This document shows positions 18,495 through 24,613 of a stretch of DNA of 26,194 bases, piece after piece (the first letter of the stretch is position 1; every line of letters begins with the position of its first letter). Below the pieces are notes generated by a model. That model was not told the origin of the DNA. It ran no database searches and saw nothing but the letters and a program-made list of their open reading frames with translations. This DNA comes from a virus (lineage: Duplodnaviria; Caudoviricetes), in the IMG/VR virus record IMGVR_UViG_3300020384_000007, positions 1-26,194 of that record; one strand, written 5' to 3'. Position numbers and translations under genes: made by a program.

Positions 18495-19481
18495 TTAAGA
18501 AGCAGATAGCTTAATAGTAGCTGCACATTCTGGTCTTAAAATGCCATGTCCTAACGCATACTTAGCAACCATTAAGGTTCCTTGATACATTATGCCATAA
18601 TCTGAACCAGAGATCTCAGTTGTCATATCCATAAGTTTTACTGTACCAACAGCAGACTTGTGGAAGACAAGACCAATAGTTTTACTATCGTCACCTGAGT
18701 AGGTATTATTGGCACCGCTTGGATTGCTGCTGACGTTACTTTGAGGTACGTTGTTTGACATCATGATGGGTATGCCAGCAACTTGCTGTACTTTACCAGA
18801 AGCAAACGAACCATTACCCTGTGGGTTGAAGTCAACGTCTACAGTTCTTGTAGCAGACTCAGCAAGTTTATAGTACTCAGCAGGTGGTAATACACAGAAA
18901 CGATCTGTTGGAGGAATGTCTCTTTCATCAAATGTCTGTGCAATGTCATAGATAGCTGCTGCTATTTCATCACCTGTGACGTTTGCTGAAGTTGTATTAC
19001 CAGAAGCAAGTGTCAATACAAGACCGCCATTACCACCACTAAGGTTAGTAGAAGCTCTGGAAGCGTTTGCAATTTGTTTGGCTACGTTCTGGTCATAGGT
19101 TCTAGCAAGTGCTTTACCTAGTTCATCAGCGTAAGTCGCCCTAACGTCATAGTGGTTTTTCAACTCATCTATGTTCGCTATAAAACTTTGGGCGATTAAT
19201 AAATCATCAATATTAATGATTTTTTCATTTGCCTTGATTTGGTTTGCCCCTACCAACGGAGTCCCTACTGTATGATAAGCCGCTGTTGCAGTTCCAAGAA
19301 CAGGAAACTGTGCTGACTTACCACTTGTGATAGTACGAACTGAATGAAGTTGCTCGTTAAAGATGTTGTTTCTAGCAAATGCTGTAAGCACTTCACCAGA
19401 AAACACTTTCAGAAACAACGCATCAAACGCTGTTCCTGTATTGTTGACCAAACCAAGGCGTGATACTGTGGCGTTAGCCAT
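18495..19481 (-). CDS. gp10: Major capsid protein
   Basis: ALFLKVFSGEVLTAF, RTITSGKSAQFPVLG, GHGILRPECA motifs. Confidence 0.97.
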   Translation of the reverse strand: MANATVSRLGLVNNTGTAFDALFLKVFSGEVLTAFARNNIFNEQLHSVRTITSGKSAQFPVLGTATAAYHTVGTPLVGANQIKANEKIINIDDLLIAQSFIANIDELKNHYDVRATYADELGKALARTYDQNVAKQIANASRASTNLSGGNGGLVLTLASGNTTSANVTGDEIAAAIYDIAQTFDERDIPPTDRFCVLPPAEYYKLAESATRTVDVDFNPQGNGSFASGKVQQVAGIPIMMSNNVPQSNVSSNPSGANNTYSGDDSKTIGLVFHKSAVGTVKLMDMTTEISGSDYGIMYQGTLMVAKYALGHGILRPECAATIKLSAS

Positions 19482-19512
19482 AGGAAAACTCCCTGATTAA
19501 TGTTTACAAATT

Positions 19513-19593
19513 AGAGTAACTAACTTCGTTTCAATCCTTTCTCTCAAGTGGTATCTGACGCATCAGGCACTTAGATATTTAGATTTCTACTCT
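19513..19593 (-). promoter_or_regulatory. Structured leader upstream of the capsid gene
   Basis: Nested arms AGAGUA/UACUCU, AAUC/GAUU, AAGUG/CACUU, CUGA/UCAG closing a UGCG tetraloop. Confidence 0.55.
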
Positions 19594-19594
19594 G

Positions 19595-19864
19595 TTAAGT
19601 TTTTACAGACCCACAATTCCACTTGCGTAGTGCAAGAGCTTTGCGAGTTAGCTTGCCATCTTTTTTTAATGGTCCTTTTACCTTAGACATTCTTGCACAA
19701 AAAGATTTTCTTCTTGCTTTCTGTCTAGGAGAAAGACCTGTCTTTTTAGTAACAGGAGCTTGCAAGTTTCCACCTGTTGCTCGGTTGTATTTTCTACGAC
19801 CAGAAGCAGTAAGACCACCTGTGGGGTCTTTGTCCTTCTTGGTCATTGATACACCCTTAGACAT
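19595..19864 (-). CDS. Small basic protein (DUF6321-like)
   Basis: GGLTASGRRKYN...NLQAP...RRKSFCARM...ALRKWNC pattern, recalled from marine phages. Confidence 0.75.
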   Translation of the reverse strand: MSKGVSMTKKDKDPTGGLTASGRRKYNRATGGNLQAPVTKKTGLSPRQKARRKSFCARMSKVKGPLKKDGKLTRKALALRKWNCGSVKT

Positions 19865-19884
19865 AAAAAATGTAAGCTACTTAA

Positions 19885-19893
19885 AATATAACA
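19885..19893 (-). promoter_or_regulatory. Extended -10 (TG-T-TATATT) upstream of the 89-aa ORF and capsid
   Basis: Lies in the 32-nt intergenic gap, 20 nt before ATG 19864. Confidence 0.5.
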
Positions 19894-19896
19894 CCT

Positions 19897-20148
19897 TTAC
19901 GCAATCTTTAAACTATTTCTTTTTCTTCTATGTTGATAGGTGATATTTTTTGAACTTGTCTTTTCTCTTTTAAATCTAGCTTTTTCTTTACTACTCATTT
20001 CACCTGTAGTCTTTGGAGTCTTACTACTAACTCTCTTTGATGGTCTGCAAGCAGGGTAAGGTCTGCCTTTCTCATTCTTACCTCGGCCACATTTCTTGCC
20101 TGTTTTGACATCAACCCACTTTTCTTTAAACCATCTATCAAGACTCAT
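19897..20148 (-). CDS. Small basic protein (C-terminal-half DUF5872-like)
   Basis: SLDRWFKEKWVDVKTGKKCGR...YPACRPSKRVSSKTPKT. Confidence 0.75.
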   Translation of the reverse strand: MSLDRWFKEKWVDVKTGKKCGRGKNEKGRPYPACRPSKRVSSKTPKTTGEMSSKEKARFKREKTSSKNITYQHRRKRNSLKIA

Positions 20149-20297
20149 TTGCCTACATCTTTTTGTGCTTTGTTGTGTGCAGCTTTGAATGAAGAACCTT
20201 CACGCATAAGCTTCTTCATCATATCCATGTGTTTTTTAGAATGATGCTCTGAATGTTTTTTTAGAGTTCTCATCTGACTTAGACTAAGCTTTGCCAT
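20145..20297 (-). CDS. 50-aa His/Lys/Met-rich protein
   Basis: Hand-translated: MAKLSLSQMRTLKKHSEHHSKKHMDMMKKLMREGSSFKAAHNKAQKDVGK; ATGA overlap with the next gene. Confidence 0.7.
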   Translation of the reverse strand: MAKLSLSQMRTLKKHSEHHSKKHMDMMKKLMREGSSFKAAHNKAQKDVGK

Positions 20298-20403
20298 TTT
20301 TCTTTTTCTTTAGTCTACGAACTAATAAAAAATCTTCTTTAGTGAGTTTACCATCACCAGTTTTATCAAGATTCTTTTTTTGTTTGTCTGTTAGTTTTTT
20401 CAT
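20284..20403 (-). CDS. 39-aa basic peptide with a single EF-hand-like loop
   Basis: Hand-translated: MKKLTDKQKKNLDKTGDGKLTKEDFLLVRRLKKKKNGKA; loop DKTGDGKLTKED. Confidence 0.7.
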   Translation of the reverse strand: MKKLTDKQKKNLDKTGDGKLTKEDFLLVRRLKKKKNGKA

Positions 20404-20404
20404 T

Positions 20405-20542
20405 TTAAGAGTAACCTCCACCTGCTGCTTTGTATTCTCTTACAAGCTGTCCGCTTGCGTAAGCACTAGGCCATTTTTTGACCCTTGCTTTTACTTTAGC
20501 TTTTATTCTTGCGTAAAGTTTTGGGTTTGTAGGTTTAGCCAT
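20405..20542 (-). CDS. 45-aa basic protein (N-terminal-half DUF5872-like)
   Basis: Hand-translated: MAKPTNPKLYARIKAKVKARVKKWPSAYASGQLVREYKAAGGGYS; TAATG overlap with the scaffold stop. Confidence 0.75.
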   Translation of the reverse strand: MAKPTNPKLYARIKAKVKARVKKWPSAYASGQLVREYKAAGGGYS

Positions 20543-21336
20543 TACCCGAATACGTTAGAACCTGCTAAACGTGCTTTTACATTTTCTGTATAAGATACGT
20601 CTTTCTCCCAACGAGGATCAGACATAGCAGTTACTACTTCTGCTGTAGACCTAAATGGTGTAGGTCCACTTGCCGAAGCACGACCTGAGTAAAGACTTGG
20701 TTCAATTCCCATAGCATTATTGTATTGTGAATAGATACCTTGAACAGCCAACTTAATAGCAGGGCCATCTCCTGTATCAGTTAACTTGTTAAAGGCTTGG
20801 ACTTCTTCAGCAGGTAGATTTTCTATAGCCCAAGAAACCATTTGACCATAGCTTTCATCTCCACCTACTGAGTCTTTGATACCTTGTGCATCTACTTCAC
20901 CTGCCATGCCAGCATTACGAAGACCATCTAAATAGGTATCAACAATTTGTTTTGAGAAGCCAGCTTCACTTAGCTTGCTGTAATCATCTTCAGTAATTTC
21001 ATCATTCTCTGCAAAGCGATTTGATATATCTACTGGATCAATACCAACTTCTTCTAGTACCGAAGCAAGACCATCTCCATAAAACTCTTCTGCATCAAAT
21101 TCAGAATCGTTAGTTTCTGTTTCTTGTTCTTCTGTCTCTTCTTCTGCTACTCCTTCTGGTTCTTCTCTGGTTTGATCTATAGCACCAAGCTTACCTTCGA
21201 GTTCTTTGTAGCTTCCTACAAGATCTTCTACAGTTTTAAATTTACCTGCATACAGGCCATTCTCATCTTTTAAACCTTCCAAGTCTGAAGAAGACATTGG
21301 TGGTGTCTCTGAAACATTTACTTGTGATGAAGTCAT
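20542..21336 (-). CDS. gp9: Capsid assembly scaffolding protein
   Basis: Acidic; KFKTVEDL..SYKELE, VGGDESY..MVSWA, AMSDPRW motifs; lies between portal and capsid. Confidence 0.92.
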   Translation of the reverse strand: MTSSQVNVSETPPMSSSDLEGLKDENGLYAGKFKTVEDLVGSYKELEGKLGAIDQTREEPEGVAEEETEEQETETNDSEFDAEEFYGDGLASVLEEVGIDPVDISNRFAENDEITEDDYSKLSEAGFSKQIVDTYLDGLRNAGMAGEVDAQGIKDSVGGDESYGQMVSWAIENLPAEEVQAFNKLTDTGDGPAIKLAVQGIYSQYNNAMGIEPSLYSGRASASGPTPFRSTAEVVTAMSDPRWEKDVSYTENVKARLAGSNVFG

Positions 21337-21348
21337 AGTGGTTTTCTT

Positions 21349-21504
21349 TTAACTATAGTGAATTGTACTGCCATGTCTAGTAATAACATCACCAGACTTT
21401 TCGGGTACAGGGTTTTCTTCGTTAACACCTAGTTCGCTAACGATAGCTTTTTCAGAGACAAACTTTCCGTCTTCATCTCTTTTTCTAGACTTTTTAGTTG
21501 GCAT
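21349..21504 (-). CDS. 51-aa hypothetical protein
   Basis: Start moved to ATG 21504 (MPTKKSRKRDEDGKF...), which has GGAGGA 8 nt upstream; overlaps the portal end. Confidence 0.65.
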   Translation of the reverse strand: MPTKKSRKRDEDGKFVSEKAIVSELGVNEENPVPEKSGDVITRHGSTIHYS

Positions 21505-23077
21505 CTTGAGGTTCCTCCGTTGGTAATTTTTGTGAAGCATCAGCTAATTTTTTGGGATCAACTAATGGTGAGCCTAAAGCAGCAGGTCCAAGACTTTGAA
21601 TAAGCTGCTGTTGTTGTGCAGCTTCTTGTTCTGCTTGGATTTGTTCTTGTGTTTTTACTAGGTTAGCAGTATCTATACCGATACTGGTAGCTAGTCTTTT
21701 AACCGCTTCATCTACATTGACGTATTGTCTCATTACATCTGGTCCTAATGCTTGAGCTACAGTTCCTATAAACTCTATTAGTTTGTTTCTATCATTACCT
21801 CTACCAAGTCCTTGAAGTCCTGTCACTATCTTGGGTTTGACCAGTTCATCAGGCAGCTTGGGAACTTTGCCCTGTCTTACCAACAAGTGCATACGTCTTC
21901 TTAGATATGGCAGTTGAAACTCTTGGGTCAAGATACTATAGATACCACCAAGACTATTCTCTAGTTCTTGTGCCATAAGATTTATCTCGGCTGCTGTCAC
22001 TCTTTCTGCGTCACGTTGTACTGATCTTGCCATCAAGAAAGCAAACTCAAGTCTTGCTTCTATTCTTTGTATTGCACTAAAAGCAACAGAAAAGTCTGCA
22101 CTTTTACCAACTTGCATGACAGAAATATCTGCTGCTGTACCTTCTCTTACTGCTCCATTCGGTGCTTTGCTAATAGTCGCTGCCCTTGTAACCCCATTTG
22201 GATTGACCAAAAAAAGCGTCTTCGCACTAGCAGCAGCACCTTCGATTATTGCTTGCATCAGAGACTCAAGACTAATCAAGTCACCACGATACTCTTCAAC
22301 ATAACCTCTACCATAATCTTCACCATCAACCCTAATAAATCTAAGAGGTAGCCAAGGTGTTACATCTACTCTTGATCTGCCATCTGTGTTTGGTATCTTC
22401 TCTCCTTTACATTCTTGAAACCAAAAGACATCATCATTAATCCTTTTTATATGTGTATATATATCAAGGTCATCTGTCATTGTCTTAGCGTCATAGTTCT
22501 CTTTCTTTTTAATCTGTTCTAAAAAGGCAGCAGGTAAAGCTTGTGGGTGTATTGTTTCTTTAGTTAGTATTTCTAATACATTACCTACTTCGTCACGCTT
22601 ACAAACAAACTTAGATAATGGAAATACTTTAAGACCTGCATCTGTTAGATATAACAAGACATTACCTGATACTACTAGATGTTTGATAGCTTCAAACATA
22701 GCAACCCTATCGTTAGATATTTCTATCTGATTCATCAAAGCATTTTCTATTGTGCGTAGTCCTTTATCTATTTCACTCTGCATCTGTTCTTGCCCTTGTT
22801 TTCTTATTTCAAGAGCATCTATTTCTAATTTAAAAAATGCTGTGCTTGGAGGAAGCAAAGTCATTAATAATTTATTTGATAAAGAATTAACTCCACGACT
22901 ACCAGTAGCTTGGAAAGGTGTTTTAATTCTTGCCCTTGTACCAGTTGTTTGTTCTGGTATTAAGCTAGGTATCGTTAGCTTTGAAGATTCTTTTGCTTCT
23001 CTATCGTAGACAGACCTACTACTAACAAGTGCTTCATACCTACCTGCTGCGGTTGTGCCTTGTGCTGAGTATTCCAT
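21494..23077 (-). CDS. gp8: Portal (head-to-tail connector)
   Basis: GSRGVNSLSNKL, GEDYGRGYVEEY.GDL, ERVTAAEI, LGGIYS motifs. Confidence 0.97.
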   Translation of the reverse strand: MEYSAQGTTAAGRYEALVSSRSVYDREAKESSKLTIPSLIPEQTTGTRARIKTPFQATGSRGVNSLSNKLLMTLLPPSTAFFKLEIDALEIRKQGQEQMQSEIDKGLRTIENALMNQIEISNDRVAMFEAIKHLVVSGNVLLYLTDAGLKVFPLSKFVCKRDEVGNVLEILTKETIHPQALPAAFLEQIKKKENYDAKTMTDDLDIYTHIKRINDDVFWFQECKGEKIPNTDGRSRVDVTPWLPLRFIRVDGEDYGRGYVEEYRGDLISLESLMQAIIEGAAASAKTLFLVNPNGVTRAATISKAPNGAVREGTAADISVMQVGKSADFSVAFSAIQRIEARLEFAFLMARSVQRDAERVTAAEINLMAQELENSLGGIYSILTQEFQLPYLRRRMHLLVRQGKVPKLPDELVKPKIVTGLQGLGRGNDRNKLIEFIGTVAQALGPDVMRQYVNVDEAVKRLATSIGIDTANLVKTQEQIQAEQEAAQQQQLIQSLGPAALGSPLVDPKKLADASQKLPTEEPQDAN

Positions 23078-23078
23078 A

Positions 23079-23297
23079 TTAAGTTGGGTAGTTTAAATCT
23101 CCACCTTTTTGGTTATCAAGCAATGGTATCTGTAAAGATTTAGTTCCCATTTTTCTACCTATAGCAACTTTTGTATCAGCAGCTTGTTTCTTTTTTTGTT
23201 TACCAACAACTACTGCATCAGCAGTTTCTTCTATAGGAGAATCAACTGGTTCGGGTGCAGGTGCAGGTGGGGGTGATGGTCGTGATCCAAAACACAT
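23079..23297 (-). CDS. Small virion protein (T7 gp6.7/gp7.3-like)
   Basis: MCF N-terminus, Pro-rich, C-terminal GTKSLQI...GGDLN; immediately upstream of the portal. Confidence 0.7.
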   Translation of the reverse strand: MCFGSRPSPPPAPAPEPVDSPIEETADAVVVGKQKKKQAADTKVAIGRKMGTKSLQIPLLDNQKGGDLNYPT

Positions 23298-23322
23298 GGC
23301 AGGTGTATATTATTTTTTTCTT

Positions 23323-23331
23323 ATACTAGCA
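23323..23331 (-). promoter_or_regulatory. Extended -10 (TG-C-TAGTAT) upstream of the portal operon
   Basis: Intergenic; identical to 322-330 (+). Confidence 0.55.
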
Positions 23332-23335
23332 TGAA

Positions 23336-23566
23336 CTAAATTAAAGTCTTCTTTTTAGTTTGCGTTAGCTTTTGTGCTGTAGCAATAGTTGGATTAGAAA
23401 AGTTTTTAGTCTCTTTTTGTTTTGCAATCTTAAGTGAGTCTGCTGTTTCAGTTTTTTTCTTTTTCTTTTCTAAACCTTCTTGTTCGCCTGTAATTACAAC
23501 AGGGTCATTCTTACTTTCATATTTTGCAACTCTAGGTTGTTGAGGACTACCACCACCAAAACACAT
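23336..23566 (-). CDS. Small virion protein (MCF N-terminus, gp6.7-like)
   Basis: MCFGGGSP..., Lys-rich, contains DSLKIA. Confidence 0.65.
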   Translation of the reverse strand: MCFGGGSPQQPRVAKYESKNDPVVITGEQEGLEKKKKKTETADSLKIAKQKETKNFSNPTIATAQKLTQTKKKTLI

Positions 23567-23568
23567 AG

Positions 23569-23763
23569 CTAGTTCTCCAATACTCTATTAGTTAACATAG
23601 TTTCTTTTTGTCTAAGTTGCTGTTCGATTAGATAGTCAACAACAGACCTCTGCCCTGCACGATACCACACTTCTCGATCTGAAAGCGATAGGTCTGGGTG
23701 TCTGTTAGGAAACACAGCATCTAAGGCTTGTATAAGTTCGTCAGTAATTACTGGTAAAGACAC
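23569..23763 (-). CDS. 64-aa conserved hypothetical protein
   Basis: GTG start; LDAVFP...YRAGQRSVVDYL pattern typical of the ORF preceding T7-like head modules. Confidence 0.75.
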   Translation of the reverse strand: MSLPVITDELIQALDAVFPNRHPDLSLSDREVWYRAGQRSVVDYLIEQQLRQKETMLTNRVLEN

Positions 23764-23784
23764 AAAAATTAAAGAGCTATCTCT

Positions 23785-23812
23785 ATATTATATGTTAGTC
23801 TATAGATAGCAA
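23785..23812 (-). promoter_or_regulatory. Sigma70-type promoter for the structural region (TTGCTA-N16-TAATAT, overlapping a TATAAT)
   Basis: TATAAT at 23787-23792 and TTGCTA at 23807-23812 on the minus strand. Confidence 0.45.
23793..23801 (+). promoter_or_regulatory. Extended -10 (TG-T-TAGTCT) for the candidate sRNA
   Basis: Places a +1 near A23808, the first base of hairpin 1. Confidence 0.45.
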
Positions 23813-23878
23813 GGAGTGGTTACCTTGTTGCAACGCTAAGAAAACCTCAAGGGTGTGGTTCCTCTTGGGGTTTTCTTT
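23808..23878 (+). ncRNA. Candidate two-hairpin small RNA with GUGGUU loops
   Basis: AGCAAGG-AGUGGUUA-CCUUGUU and AAGAAAACCUCAAGGG-UGUGGUUC-CUCUUGGGGUUUUCUUU; all three non-Watson-Crick stem pairs are G-U on the plus strand. Confidence 0.5.
23838..23878. terminator. Hairpin terminator, strongest on the plus strand, possibly also terminating the exonuclease transcript
   Basis: 16-bp stem including A/U flanks, directly after the exonuclease stop. Confidence 0.7.
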
Positions 23879-24611
23879 ATGGGTTCCAAAGTTTTACTTC
23901 ACCTGTATTGTAATCATAATCTCCCTCTCGCAGTATTCTTGTTAGTCTTGCGTTCAAGATAGCATCAGCAATCGTGTAACCTTTCTTAGTATATGTCTCC
24001 TGTACCTTAGACCATAGTGCTTCTTTAGTATCAGGTGTATTGGCTAAAGTCTTTGAAGCAGTAACCATACCCATACCTTTGATACCTAGTATCCCATCAC
24101 CAGCATCACCAGCTAACGACATCTCAAACCAATGCCTGTCTGCTTTCTTGTTTGTTATATGTTCTATCGAATCATCAGCTATAAGTTTGCATGGTAGTGT
24201 TCTCATATCTTTATCAACTGAAACTATTATAGGGTCTTTGTATCTGCCATTGGTAGCAAGCAAACCAAGTACGTCATCACCTTCTAAGTTTTCATAAGAT
24301 ATACTTTCATATTTTTCTTTTACTTTTTCTATAACATTTCTAAATGCTAGTGGTTTTCTTCTACCTATTCTATTGATCTTGTACTCAGGAAATATCTCAT
24401 GTCTAAATGTAGGGTAAGAAGTAAAGCACATAACTATGTCATGCTTACCACTAGCAATAGTTCTATATACATCTAGTCTATTGTCTATCATGTTTAGACA
24501 ATTTCTTGCATCACTTGTAAGTTGGTGTTGCCATTCATTCCAACGTGTATCTTCTTCGCAAGCACAACAAGAAGAATACACCAACCAATCAGCATCAATA
24601 AGTAAAGTCAT
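23877..24611 (-). CDS. gp6: 5'-3' exonuclease (T7 gp6-like)
   Basis: LLIDAD, EGDDVLG, SVDKD, GDAGDGILGIKGMG motifs. Confidence 0.93.
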   Translation of the reverse strand: MTLLIDADWLVYSSCCACEEDTRWNEWQHQLTSDARNCLNMIDNRLDVYRTIASGKHDIVMCFTSYPTFRHEIFPEYKINRIGRRKPLAFRNVIEKVKEKYESISYENLEGDDVLGLLATNGRYKDPIIVSVDKDMRTLPCKLIADDSIEHITNKKADRHWFEMSLAGDAGDGILGIKGMGMVTASKTLANTPDTKEALWSKVQETYTKKGYTIADAILNARLTRILREGDYDYNTGEVKLWNP

Positions 24612-24613
24612 AG

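Noticed and set aside
18484-18540. T7 10A/10B-type capsid frameshift extension
   Set aside because: No slippery heptamer near the stop, and a terminator follows within 12 nt.
21505-21540. Upstream start of the 63-aa ORF
   Set aside because: It lies deeper inside the portal gene; ATG 21504 has a strong RBS.
180-23009. Short ORF-track entries antisense to real genes (e.g. 180..371, 632..922, 1556..1822, 2153..2892, 9590..11665, 19623..19943, 20291..20593, 22067..23009)
   Set aside because: Shadow frames of well-supported genes, with no recognisable motifs or initiation signals.
23808-23878. CRISPR mini-array, tRNA or Yfr1 identity for the twin hairpins
   Set aside because: Only two imperfect units with a ~10-nt linker, no cloverleaf, and no ACUCCUCACAC motif.
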